Positions 16,071 through 27,100 of a stretch of DNA of 64,000 bases are shown here, piece after piece; position 1 is the stretch's first letter, and each line of letters begins with the position of its first letter. A program made the position numbers and the translations under genes. The DNA is taken from positions 64,001 to 128,000 of IMG/VR virus record IMGVR_UViG_3300027782_000030; one strand, 5' to 3'. The notes below the pieces were generated by a model, which ran no database searches, was not told the DNA's origin, and saw only the letters and a list, made by a program, of their open reading frames with translations. The stretch is from a virus (taxonomy: Duplodnaviria; Caudoviricetes).

Positions 16071-17825
16071 TTATTCTATCTCAGTGGCTGTACTATAACT
16101 AGTAAAACCTTTTTCCTTAATAACTTTCAATACATTGGGTACCCTACCAGCCAATTCTTCGCGGTGACTGACAAGCCAAATAGATTTTTGTCTACGGCGT
16201 GACATATCTTTAAGAATTGCTATAGCGTTTTCAACACCCATTGTATCCAACCCTGAATCAATTAATTCATCAATGAATAGAGTATTGATGGGTGAATATA
16301 AGTTCTCCCATACATCTCTAAAAGCAAAACTTAATCCTAAGATTAAACGATTGCGTTCTCCACGTGATAAATTATCAAAGTCAAGGTCTCTACCAAGTTC
16401 TGTAATTTCAACCTGAAGATCATTTTGAAATACAACTTGATGAGGTAGTCCTATCTTGTCCAAATAATGAGTAAGCCTGCTGTTAAGATAAGATAGATTT
16501 TGGTCTATAATCTTTTTACGAACAAATGAATCTTTACTACTTAATAGGTCAAGTAAGAATTTTTGATGTTCTAATGTTTTAGTTAATCGGTTAATATTTT
16601 CAAAATCAATTTCTTGTAGAGCCTGACTCTCCATTTCATTAATCTGTTCATCATACGGATCAACTTCTGCGGCTTTGTTTTCTATAGAAACTAAAGTATT
16701 AGCAATCTGACTAGAATGTTTAACTGCTTCCGCTTCGGTTTTATAATGTGTAGTGGGTTTAGTACTTACAAACACTGGATTAACTTCAAGACCTTGTATC
16801 GTGGCATGAAGTTCATCCAAATGCTTTTTACTTTCGGTTAACGCTTCAATCTTTTTATTTAAAACATCAGAATGAGATTCATCATGGAACTCTTGCCCAC
16901 ACGCATAGCACTTATGCTCTTTAAGAGTTTGAACCTCAGTATCTAACTTAGCCCAAGTTTTCTTTTCTTTGGCTAGATCGGCTTTTGCTCTACTAAGATT
17001 GTTTCCGTGTTCAGTTTGTAAACGAACCTGATCGTTATAGATAACCAAATCTTTGTGTGCTTGTAGTTCTTTCTCTATATCAATAGCACTTAACTTGGTA
17101 TACTCGGTAGCAAGTTTTTTCAAGTCTTCGTCATGTTTAGTTTTCCAAAGTTTTTGCCTACGCTTTAACGCTTCAATTTGTTCTTTAACACGCTTGTTGG
17201 CTTCTTCAATGGCTTTGACTTTGAATTCTTCAGATTGGATAGAGTCTTTGCTTTCTTTAATTAGATTTTTAATTACCTCAGATTTTTCTGAGAGAATTGT
17301 AATTCCTAAAAGTTGTTCAATAATGTTTCGTTGTTCGTTAGTTTTAAGAGCAAGGAATGGTTCGCTGTAAGTATTCAACGCAACAATATGCTTGAACATA
17401 TCCGCGGACATACATATAATTTTTTCTATGGCTTGTTGAGTTTCTTTGTTCTCACCTTGGGCATCATCAATGCCTTTTTGTAAGTCATTGTTAACATAGA
17501 ACCGAAGTATATTGGGTTTACGACCACGCTCAATCTTGTAGTCAATGCCATTAACACTAAACTCAAGTGTAACCATCATACCCCTACCATTGGTACGGTT
17601 GACTAAATTATCTTTTCTAATGCTATTAATGGGCACGCCAAACAGAGCATATGACAGCCCTTGAATCAGAGTAGTTTTACCAGTACCATTTCTAGCACCG
17701 TCACCGCCCAAGTCTAAGTTTTCACCTAGAATTAGAGTAAGTTCTTTCTTGTTAAAATCAACTGCTTGCGTTACTTGTCCAATAGACAAGAAATTACGCA
17801 AGGTAATATTACGAAATACAATCAT
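16071..17825 (-). CDS. gp46: Recombination endonuclease ATPase subunit (Rad50/SbcC-like)
   Basis: Walker A NGTGKTT, coiled coil with CYAC zinc hook, signature LSRGE, Walker B LFIDE and D-loop SGLD. Confidence 0.95.
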   Translation of the reverse strand: MIVFRNITLRNFLSIGQVTQAVDFNKKELTLILGENLDLGGDGARNGTGKTTLIQGLSYALFGVPINSIRKDNLVNRTNGRGMMVTLEFSVNGIDYKIERGRKPNILRFYVNNDLQKGIDDAQGENKETQQAIEKIICMSADMFKHIVALNTYSEPFLALKTNEQRNIIEQLLGITILSEKSEVIKNLIKESKDSIQSEEFKVKAIEEANKRVKEQIEALKRRQKLWKTKHDEDLKKLATEYTKLSAIDIEKELQAHKDLVIYNDQVRLQTEHGNNLSRAKADLAKEKKTWAKLDTEVQTLKEHKCYACGQEFHDESHSDVLNKKIEALTESKKHLDELHATIQGLEVNPVFVSTKPTTHYKTEAEAVKHSSQIANTLVSIENKAAEVDPYDEQINEMESQALQEIDFENINRLTKTLEHQKFLLDLLSSKDSFVRKKIIDQNLSYLNSRLTHYLDKIGLPHQVVFQNDLQVEITELGRDLDFDNLSRGERNRLILGLSFAFRDVWENLYSPINTLFIDELIDSGLDTMGVENAIAILKDMSRRRQKSIWLVSHREELAGRVPNVLKVIKEKGFTSYSTATEIE

Positions 17826-18832
17826 AGATTATTATAAATGTCCAGCAAAAGCCTTTTGTCAAAACTATTGCTTTCTATCGCATTGATTTGGTCAATGATA
17901 ATTTGATCAACGGATTCAAATTTGAGTCCATCTGAATTGTATTGCTCAATGGCTTCTACCTTCATAGGTATAAGCGTCATTTCACGCAACTTATATTCAG
18001 GAATCATAGTTTCACGGATAAAATTGGCTTCTTCATAACTGATATCAATATCAAGATGTACTCTAACATAACTATCAATCAATAACAAACTTTCTGGGGT
18101 TTCTAGTATATCACTTAATTTATAAACACGGAATATAGGTTGTCTAGGCCAACTACGAAATACTGGATCACTTCCCCATTCTAGAATCATCATTCCCCTA
18201 GCATCATCACCCACATCAGCGTAATTGTGAGGGAAGGCATTGCCCATATACCAAATATTCTTTCGGTGTTGTCGTTTATGAAAATGTCCACTAAAAGCTG
18301 TTTCAAAACCTTGAACATGATTCTCATTTAGTTCTCCGTGATCGGGCATTTGAACCATGGCATTCATGTAGAAATGAGGTAGTTCAAGATGTCCAAATAG
18401 ATACTTACCAGACAATTTACCTAATTTTTTATAATCATCCTGAACCAACCAAGGGATAATAGATACATCACCTTGCTTGAAAAAATCATTAATGATAACA
18501 ACATTGGGTAAATGTTTTGCCCATTCAACGCTATGAATATCTCTACGGTCTCGGTAATATAAATCATGATTACCTGGGATAAAATACACAACATCAAATG
18601 CGGCACTTAGTTTTTCAAGTGCCTGTAATCCAAACTGAAGTGTGTGAATATTGATACTTGCTCTATGGTGATTATAGTCACCCAAAAAGAAACAAGTTTC
18701 ACAGTTTTCTTTTTTGGCTTCGGCGATAAACCAATCTACAAAATTAGCACAGTCTTGATTGTGTTGTAGACTGTTCGACTTAAGGCCAAAGTGTAGGTCT
18801 GTAAAAGCAGCCGCTTTCTTAAATAAATTCAT
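17822..18832 (-). CDS. gp47: Recombination endonuclease nuclease subunit (Mre11/SbcD-like)
   Basis: Metallophosphoesterase motifs DLH, GD, GNHD, GHL and SGHFH. Confidence 0.94.
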   Translation of the reverse strand: MNLFKKAAAFTDLHFGLKSNSLQHNQDCANFVDWFIAEAKKENCETCFFLGDYNHHRASINIHTLQFGLQALEKLSAAFDVVYFIPGNHDLYYRDRRDIHSVEWAKHLPNVVIINDFFKQGDVSIIPWLVQDDYKKLGKLSGKYLFGHLELPHFYMNAMVQMPDHGELNENHVQGFETAFSGHFHKRQHRKNIWYMGNAFPHNYADVGDDARGMMILEWGSDPVFRSWPRQPIFRVYKLSDILETPESLLLIDSYVRVHLDIDISYEEANFIRETMIPEYKLREMTLIPMKVEAIEQYNSDGLKFESVDQIIIDQINAIESNSFDKRLLLDIYNNL

Positions 18833-18847
18833 TTAAAATCCTTACGA

Positions 18848-19747
18848 TTATTCTTCAAATATTGGTGTATTAGAACCTACGCCCTGTCTTGACCAACTTG
18901 GGTTTAGTCCATTCATTTCTAAAATATCGTCACGAATATTTTGATTTCGTTTTTCGGTATTCAATACTCTACAAAAACTATTGGTAATAGCCGCGGTATA
19001 GTATGCGAATGGGTTAGCACTCTTTGCTTCATTGAATCTCAATCCAACATATGTTAACTGAAGAATAGCACTATTACGCATTTCATCATTATAAGTATAC
19101 CCACGCCAATTGTACTTCATAGCATATTTTTCACATAGCATGATATACATTTTGGCTAACTTATTAGTCAGAGTGCCATGATCCTTACTGAAAATTCCCG
19201 TACTCATATCGCCCTTCCAATGACTTTTTCCTACGCAATAAAATTTATTATCTTCATCAATTTTAAAATGTTGGAAAGGTGGAAAGTTTACTTTAACATG
19301 AACCATATCGTCTACTTCACCTTTAGTAGTAGTATCTTCCAAATCAGCAAAAATTGCGTCAGGGTCTGAATCTTCAAATTCAAAAATATCTATAGCAGTT
19401 TTTTTCTTAACAGTTTTTCTAGGTTGTTTGGCAGCAATAGGAACATGATCCCAAGTCATTACTCTAAATACTAGATCGCTAATTGGAATTGTTTCAGGGG
19501 CTATTTTAACGGGGGAATCTACACTTAATTTATTAGCCCTAGTTTCCCTAGCCTGTTGAATATTTTCAGGGGTTAAAGCAAATTCAAAGCATTCTTCTAA
19601 AGGGGAATGAGGCATATCAATGATTAGATCATAACTGCTGTATTCCGATTTAGTAAAGTAGCAGTAAGTTGTTTTGCTTTCATGAATTTCTTTTAAAATA
19701 TCTTTATTATTTAGGTAGTTAACGGGTTTTTTTGAAGGTAGAGACAT
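18848..19747 (-). CDS. gp55: Late transcription sigma factor
   Basis: Motifs NYLNNKD, NWRGYTYNDEM and FNEAKSANPFAYYT. Adjacent to gp47 as in T4. Confidence 0.88.
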   Translation of the reverse strand: MSLPSKKPVNYLNNKDILKEIHESKTTYCYFTKSEYSSYDLIIDMPHSPLEECFEFALTPENIQQARETRANKLSVDSPVKIAPETIPISDLVFRVMTWDHVPIAAKQPRKTVKKKTAIDIFEFEDSDPDAIFADLEDTTTKGEVDDMVHVKVNFPPFQHFKIDEDNKFYCVGKSHWKGDMSTGIFSKDHGTLTNKLAKMYIMLCEKYAMKYNWRGYTYNDEMRNSAILQLTYVGLRFNEAKSANPFAYYTAAITNSFCRVLNTEKRNQNIRDDILEMNGLNPSWSRQGVGSNTPIFEE

Positions 19748-19773
19748 AGGTTCCTTAAAATTATGCTGCCATT

Positions 19774-19802
19774 AGTATAGCAGAATGGTTGCTGTATAGC
19801 AA
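19774..19802 (-). promoter_or_regulatory. Sigma70-type promoter upstream of g55
   Basis: The minus strand reads TTGCTA-17 nt-TATACT, with an extended -10 TGn. Confidence 0.7.
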
Positions 19803-19837
19803 TGTGGATTGGGAGAAAAGGGAAAATTAGCTACTTT

Positions 19838-19852
19838 TATTTATGCTAAATA
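19838..19852. promoter_or_regulatory. Back-to-back divergent late promoter boxes
   Basis: TATTTAT (ATAAATA on -, 19838-19844) abuts CTAAATA (+, 19846-19852). Confidence 0.55.
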
Positions 19853-19873
19853 CAACTAAGGATTACCACAATT

Positions 19874-21544
19874 ATGGCTCAGTATACAAGTTCAGACACA
19901 ACCGAAGGAGGAGTAGTTGTAAATGCAATTCTTGATTCGGCTTCAAACACTATTACATATACAGTAACTACCGCTAAAGGTTTATCCACCTCTGTAACTA
20001 TACCATCAACACAAAACCCTCAACAAGGGGTTGCCACATTAAATGCTATAAGAAACCAATTAGCGGCAGCAAACGGGGGAAGTGCGCTTGGATTGGGGCT
20101 TACGGGAATTGGCCAACGGCTAAACGCAACTTGGGGAGATGTAAATCGTCAAGCAGAAAAAGCTCAAGCGACCGCAACGGCAACAGACACCCCAGTCCCA
20201 CAAGAATCACAACCTATACCAACAAACAATGCTGAAAATCCTCAAGTACCACCGGCAGCGCAGTCAGCACCAATACAGAATACCGTCCCTGAAGCACAGA
20301 CAACTGTACAAACAGCCCAAGTTCAAACTCCTGTAGCCCAAATACAAGTAACCACATTAGCAGAACCTACTCAAACTCCTGTACCTGAAAATGTTACACC
20401 GGCACCTATTCAGCAATATTCAAACAGACCTCCACAGCCGGCAGAAGAAATACCTTATACACAGCGTACAGTAGATGCAGATCCCACATCTACTATTCAA
20501 GCACAGGTAGCAGTAGAACAACAACAAAAACAAATTGCTATAAACACAGCAGGGCTACCGGTAGTAGCAGAAGATAACAGTGTAGCCACCGGTGTACTTA
20601 AAAATCCTGAAACAGGACAAACTTATTTTACTACTCCTCCTAATGAAATATCACAAAATCCTTCAGCAACAGGGTCATCAAGAGGCTTACAGGGAGCAAA
20701 AAGAAGAACACGGGCACAGGCTACATCACAAGATGCTGCTTATTTGGCTAGATTGCCTGATTGGAGAGTTAAATTACAGTTAGCACCAGGTGCAACATAT
20801 TTATATAAATCAACAACGGACGCTGGAATTTTGCAACCTCTACAAGAAACAGAAGGGGTATTATTTCCGTATACCCCTCAAATTCAGATTCAATATGGCG
20901 CACATTATGATCCTACGGATTTGACGCATAGTAATTATAAAATATATCAATACAAAAATAGCAGTGTAGATAATATATCAATAACCGCTGATTTTACTGC
21001 CCAAGATACTTATGAAGCTAGATACTTATTAGCGGTAATACATTTTTTCAGAAGTGTTACTAAAATGTTTTATGGAAGAGATGAGAATCCTAGAAACGGT
21101 ACTCCTCCTCCTTTATGTTACATAACAGGATTGGGGGAATTTAATTTTAATCAGCATCCGTTAGCAATAACTAATTTTACATATACTTTACCTAACGATG
21201 TGGATTATATAAGGGCCAACACTGAAGCAAATTCTCCACCTGGGGTTAATCAAAGTGCAGCCAATGTACCTAATAATACCGGTAACCCTGTAACAGCCAG
21301 AACAACTAGTTCTGGTATACAACCTGGAGGTAAATCATTGGGACCTAAATTTAATATCGATCCTTCAAAATATAAAACAGGAGCCAAAGATCCTACATAT
21401 GTGCCAACTAAAATGCAAATACAATTAACAGCAGTACCAATAGTGTCTAGAAATGTTATCAGTAATGTGTTTAGCTTGAGAGAATATGGATCAGGTAAAC
21501 TATTACAGGGGTCAAAGCACGCCGGCGTTAAGGGAGTTTGGTAA
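19874..21544 (+). CDS. Baseplate tube-initiator-like protein (gp48/gp54-like C-terminal domain) with Q/P/T/A-rich N-terminal extension
   Basis: C-terminal FPYTPQI...SITADFTAQ...YLLAVIHFFRSVTKMFYG...PPPLC segment resembles tube-fold baseplate proteins. It is the first gene of the baseplate cluster. Confidence 0.6.
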   Translation: MAQYTSSDTTEGGVVVNAILDSASNTITYTVTTAKGLSTSVTIPSTQNPQQGVATLNAIRNQLAAANGGSALGLGLTGIGQRLNATWGDVNRQAEKAQATATATDTPVPQESQPIPTNNAENPQVPPAAQSAPIQNTVPEAQTTVQTAQVQTPVAQIQVTTLAEPTQTPVPENVTPAPIQQYSNRPPQPAEEIPYTQRTVDADPTSTIQAQVAVEQQQKQIAINTAGLPVVAEDNSVATGVLKNPETGQTYFTTPPNEISQNPSATGSSRGLQGAKRRTRAQATSQDAAYLARLPDWRVKLQLAPGATYLYKSTTDAGILQPLQETEGVLFPYTPQIQIQYGAHYDPTDLTHSNYKIYQYKNSSVDNISITADFTAQDTYEARYLLAVIHFFRSVTKMFYGRDENPRNGTPPPLCYITGLGEFNFNQHPLAITNFTYTLPNDVDYIRANTEANSPPGVNQSAANVPNNTGNPVTARTTSSGIQPGGKSLGPKFNIDPSKYKTGAKDPTYVPTKMQIQLTAVPIVSRNVISNVFSLREYGSGKLLQGSKHAGVKGVW

Positions 21545-21856
21545 ATGGCAACTAATACTATATATGGAGCAACTAGTCCATACCAGTTAACCGACATTGT
21601 TAATCAAAAATTTCTAGACATTATGGTAAACAGACCCATACCTGCATTAGCATCAGATGTATTTTGGTCTATAACAAAAGTATATGAATATAGGCCTGAT
21701 TTATTAGCATATGACTTGTACGCAGATTCTAGGTTATGGTGGGTTTTTGCACAGCGCAATCCTAACAGATTAAAAGATCCTTATTTTGATTTTATAACAG
21801 GTGTTCAAATATATTTACCAACATCCACTACATTAATAACAGCTTTGGGCAATTAA
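21545..21856 (+). CDS. Baseplate wedge protein (gp53-like, LysM-like)
   Basis: YEYRPDLLAYDLYADSRLWWVFAQRN motif. Confidence 0.78.
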   Translation: MATNTIYGATSPYQLTDIVNQKFLDIMVNRPIPALASDVFWSITKVYEYRPDLLAYDLYADSRLWWVFAQRNPNRLKDPYFDFITGVQIYLPTSTTLITALGN

Positions 21857-21857
21857 T

Positions 21858-24128
21858 ATGGATGATTACTTAGTAAATTCTGCAGGGTTAGCTGTTAATG
21901 AGGATGAAACACCGGTTACCGCTGTTCCCCCTACGGTAAATACTACAACTTCTAATACTGGTACTACCCAAGCAGGAGATTCAGGAGTACCAGGAATTCC
22001 CAATCCAACTAGGCGTCCTAAAAATCCATTGGCAGATTTTGCTAGTTATACCTATCAAATATCTTTGTATATGATTACTCCTGATGCGTATGACGCATTT
22101 GTTAATAATGGTAGAAGAAATATAGATTTATTAAATCAGACTGGTACAGGGGCAGGGGCATATTTAATATGTCAAAGCGGTGGTATTAATTCAACTGAAA
22201 AAAGAGCAGCTGGATTTGAATTTGATTACTATATTGATAATTTGCAAATTAAAGGGGCAGTTTCATCAAACGCTACCGGGTCCCCAACAATAGAATACAA
22301 AATGTCATTTCAGATTGTTGAACCATATGGATTTTCTTTTATAACTAATTTAAAACTTGCCTCAGAACAAATTGCACAATACTCTCAAACTAAAAATATA
22401 AAAGATTTGAGAAATTCTAGCCGACAATTTTTTGTTTTAGGACTTAAATTTTTAGGATATGATATAGCTGGAAACTTAATGTCTACTAGTGGGCAAACAT
22501 TTGATCGTTATTTTGATATATTATTTAAAACAGTTAACTTTAAATTAGACGGACGTGCCACTGTCTACAGCATAGAGGCTGCTTCTATACCTTCATCAGT
22601 GGCAATGGGAACTAAAAGAGGTGTGGTTGATAAAGGCGCCCCATTAACGGGAAATAAAGTAGGTGAACTATTAAAATCATTGATGGGTAAATTAAATAAT
22701 GACCAACAGGCATTAGAAAATTCAGGTGCGATTAGTAAAGGATGCCAAACACTATATGAGGTTGAGTTTAGAGGCCCTAGTGTAGACGCAATAGAAAATG
22801 CTACTATAGTTAGTAAAGCCGATTTAGACAAATCAAAATGGCCCATGACTCAGGGTAAAAAAACAACTAATCAAGTTAATGAAAAATCGGCAGTGACCGC
22901 AAAACCTAATAGCAATGATAGGCAAGTAAATATTGAAAAAGCTACTCCTATTATACAAGCGATAGGTCAAATTATTTCTCAAAGTAGCTATCTATCTGAT
23001 GGATTAAAATCAGTTTATACCACTGACATTCAACCCGATCCAAACACAGATTCAGTAGACGCTATAGATAATGCGTCAAATAAAACATTGCGTTGGTATA
23101 ATATATCATCGGTTGTAAGCAATGCTAGATGGGATCCGTTGTTAAAAGATTTTGCGTATAATATTAAGTATATTATTGTGCCATATGAAATACCTATATT
23201 ACTTTCTGCATATGCTAATAGAACTACCCCATATTATGGTCCAGTAAAACGATATGATTATTGGTATACCGGAGAAAATTCTGAAGTAATAAAATATGAA
23301 CAAACGATGAATAATGCTTACTTTACTGTAAGCTTAGGCGCAAGTGATATTACTTCAAAATCTACAGGTGGGGGAGCCGATGTTCCTATTAATACTTCAG
23401 GCAAGCGTCAATCCGCTCCTAGGCAAGGCAAATTGGATGTAGGCTATGAAGCACAAAATAGTGTCACTACTAGTTTGTATGAACCAGGTGCTTGGGCAAC
23501 TGCTAAAATTGAAATATTAGGAGATCCAGATTGGTTGAGTGGGGAAGCTCCAGGAAGCGCTGATTTATATAAACCGTTTCAAGGTACAGATTTTGTAGTT
23601 GATGTTACTAGTGGACAAGTGTTCATTGAGATAGATTTTAAAGAAGCATTAGACTATGTACATAGTACCGGTACAATGAGGATTAATGAAGATTTATTAT
23701 TATGGGACTACCCACCTGAAATTAAAAAGAAAGTTAAAGGTGTTAGTTTTAGAGTTATAGAGGTAACTCATAACTTTAAAAATGGTAAATTTACCCAAGA
23801 ATTAAATTGTGCAATTAACACTTTTGGATTTGATCAAGGTTATGAAAATTCTGCTCGTGAAAAAGATGACAGAGCCAGATCACAAGAAAATCAAACCGAT
23901 GCAGAAACAAGAAGATTAGCATCAAAAACTCCAGTTGGGTTAATGCAAGATTCGCCTCCACCAAATAATGATACAAATGGAAATTTATCAAATCCTACAA
24001 GAAACACTACTGTAAACAATCAAGAAACAGTTAATACTAATAATGGTCCGGTAGCAAATGATGATAGTGGTTTAGATAGAACCACTATAGGTGCTACTAA
24101 CTTAGCAGGAGCTGGCAGGGAGACATAA
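21858..24128 (+). CDS. Baseplate hub protein (gp27/VgrG N-terminal-like)
   Basis: Located between gp53-like and gp5-like genes. C-terminal AKIEILGDP...FRVIEVTHNFKNGKFTQEL. Confidence 0.6.
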   Translation: MDDYLVNSAGLAVNEDETPVTAVPPTVNTTTSNTGTTQAGDSGVPGIPNPTRRPKNPLADFASYTYQISLYMITPDAYDAFVNNGRRNIDLLNQTGTGAGAYLICQSGGINSTEKRAAGFEFDYYIDNLQIKGAVSSNATGSPTIEYKMSFQIVEPYGFSFITNLKLASEQIAQYSQTKNIKDLRNSSRQFFVLGLKFLGYDIAGNLMSTSGQTFDRYFDILFKTVNFKLDGRATVYSIEAASIPSSVAMGTKRGVVDKGAPLTGNKVGELLKSLMGKLNNDQQALENSGAISKGCQTLYEVEFRGPSVDAIENATIVSKADLDKSKWPMTQGKKTTNQVNEKSAVTAKPNSNDRQVNIEKATPIIQAIGQIISQSSYLSDGLKSVYTTDIQPDPNTDSVDAIDNASNKTLRWYNISSVVSNARWDPLLKDFAYNIKYIIVPYEIPILLSAYANRTTPYYGPVKRYDYWYTGENSEVIKYEQTMNNAYFTVSLGASDITSKSTGGGADVPINTSGKRQSAPRQGKLDVGYEAQNSVTTSLYEPGAWATAKIEILGDPDWLSGEAPGSADLYKPFQGTDFVVDVTSGQVFIEIDFKEALDYVHSTGTMRINEDLLLWDYPPEIKKKVKGVSFRVIEVTHNFKNGKFTQELNCAINTFGFDQGYENSAREKDDRARSQENQTDAETRRLASKTPVGLMQDSPPPNNDTNGNLSNPTRNTTVNNQETVNTNNGPVANDDSGLDRTTIGATNLAGAGRET

Positions 24129-24129
24129 T

Positions 24130-27100
24130 ATGGAAGACGGATTTAAGCCACAAGGACCAACTAAAGCAAGTAAACCAGACTCTGGTGGAGGTGTAACCAG
24201 AGAAGTCCCTGTACTTGGCGTAGTTAAAAATAATATTGATCCTACTAGGTCCGGTAGACTTCAAGTTTATATCAGTGATTTGGGAGATGACAATCCTGAT
24301 GAATCAGAAAGTTGGGTAACTGTATCTTACATGACTCCATTTTATGGGTTTGTAACACCAAAGGCTGCTACTAAAGGGTTTGGAGATTATACTGCTAATC
24401 CAAGTTCTTATGGAATGTGGTACAGTCCTCCTGATTTAGGAACAACTGTAATTTGTATTTTTATTAATGGTGACCCTAACTATGGGTATTGGATAGGATG
24501 TGTTCCCAAGCCTGAAGCATTGCATATGGTGCCTGCAATTGGTGCAAGCACTAATATTATTGCTAATACAGAAGGTGAAGCAGAAGGGTATGGCGGCGCA
24601 ACTAGATTGCCTGTTACTAATATCAATACCAATAATGAATCAATTTCAGATACCGCAGACTTTTTAACTCAGCCTAAACCAGTACATAGTTACAGTGCTA
24701 TGATTTTAAATCAACAAGGATTGATTAGAGATCCAGTGCGCGGAACTATTAGTAGTAGCGCACAACGGGAAAGTCCAAGTAGAGTTGGTTGGGGAATTAG
24801 TACTCCGGGACGACCTATATATGATGGTGGATATGATGATGCTACTATCGTAGATGCAGCGGTTGGCGAAGTTCCGGATGAGGGATTGGCTGTAATAGCA
24901 AGAAGAGGCGGGCATTCTATTGTATTAGACGATGGTGATATTCTAGGGCAAGATCAACTTGTAAGAATTCGTAGTGCGGCTGGTCATCAAATACTAATGA
25001 GCGATGACGGCCAGACACTTTTTATAATTCATAGTAATGGTCAAAGTTATATTGAGTTAGGCAAAGAGGGTACAATTGATATGTACTCTACTAATAGTGT
25101 CAATATTAGAACTCAGGGCGATCTAAATTTACACGCAGATAACAATATCAACATTAATGCTAAGAAAAAACTAAACATTAAAGCAGAAGATATCAATATT
25201 GAATCTGAGAAGACCACCTCTCAAAAAATAGGCACGAATAATAGTGTCTACACTATGGGCACCTTTACCCATAAAGTAGATGGTGCAATGAGTATGGCAG
25301 CAGGTGGTGAAGGATCATATGCCAGTGGTGGTGTAATGTACGTCAACGGTAGTAAGGTGAATTTAAACACAGGCGCTACATCAACCACACCGCAAGTTGT
25401 TCCTGCAATTTCCGTCTTAGCCCATACTGATACACTATACGATTCATCAAAAGGTTATGCTGCCGCACCAGGTAAATTACAAAGTATTACATCTAGAGCA
25501 CCTGCTCATGCTCCGTGGGCAAATGCAGGACAAGGTGTTGATGTTAAAACTAGCAGTAGCGCAAGTTCAGAATTGCCTCCTGCACCTAGTCCAGCAGTAG
25601 CATCAACTAACGAAGCAGCCTCGGCTGCAACGACTGAAGCACCAGCAACACCGGCAACAATTGCTACAGTGCCACCGGTCGCCGCAGCCAGTGGAGCATT
25701 AGATCCAAATACTACTGGAGCAATGGTTAGTGCTGTAGCAACTACCGTTGCTGCTGGTCCAGCTAGTCGTGCAATACAAGCAGGCGCAGGTGTTGTGTCA
25801 TCTTCACAGGGTCCGGTAGCAGTAGTAGGTTCATTAGCGCAAACTCCGGCACAATTAGAGTCTGCGGGAATACTAAAACCAGGATCGGCAACTTTAGTTA
25901 ATAGTTTAGTACAAGGCGGATCTAATGTACAAGCAGCAATGACTGATAACTTGTTTACCGGTGTGCCTGGCGCAGTAAACTTAAAGTCATTAGTTAATAG
26001 TATTCCAGCTCAGGTAAGTGCTCAGGTTTCTACTTTCCAACAATCACAAACTGCATTAACTAATGCGGGTGTAATTACAGGCAAAGAAAGCCCAGTATCT
26101 ACAGCAGGGTTAATAATGGCCGGCGCTACAGCAGGTGTAGGTGCTACTCTCAATTCAATGAGTTCTTTAGTCAGTACTAGCACAGTAAATTCTATAGGGA
26201 AAACTCTAGGGGCAAGTGCTAATTTATCAAAGGCATTAGGAGCAACAGGTGCCGCAAAATCAATACTTAGCACCTCTAGTGCTATTACTAGTACTCTAAA
26301 AGCAGGTAATTTAGCTGCCGGATTGGCACAAACTGTTTCAGGAGGACTGGGATCAATTTCTCAAGCAACTAAAGCATTAAATCAATTGCAAGGATTAAAC
26401 AGTGCAATACTAGGTGCATCTAGAGGTCCTGCTGCACAAGCGTTTGGCGCAATATTGGGGACGTTCAAACCACTAAAAGCAGGCATTCCACAAAACTTGT
26501 TTAGCATAGCAAGAAATGCATTAAGAACTGCTGACGCAGTTTCTAAAGGTGACATAATTAAATCTGCTACAGGTGCATTGTCAACTATTGGTGCAATCGG
26601 TGGTCCAGGCACTAGTAAAATAACGGGCGCATTGTCTGGTACAGTTAATGCTATTGGTAGACTAACATCCGCTACTACCCCAGCAGCAGCATTCCGAGGT
26701 CTAACAGGGCTTATTGGTGGTATAGGTAGTGTAGGAGCCGCAGTTGGGAACAAAAACGTTTCTCAAATTTCAAAACAAGTTAACTCTGCACTCACCGGCG
26801 CTAATAAGATATTGCAAGCAGGAACACAACTATCAAAGGCTACCGATATAGCCGGTTCTCTTAATGCAACTGCAAATGCGGTGCGTGGTGCAAATCAATT
26901 GACAGCAGCACTAGGTGGAGTATCTGCATTGGCAAGTGGTATATCAAATCTACCCGGTGGGCAAAAAGCTATTTCAAATGTAATAAACAAGTCTCCCAAT
27001 TCAATGACTTCTGCATTGCCGGCAGTCTTGGCGGTTGGAGCATTAGTATCTACTACACTATCTGCTGCAAAAAATAATATTTCCCCCCAGCTAAGTTTAC

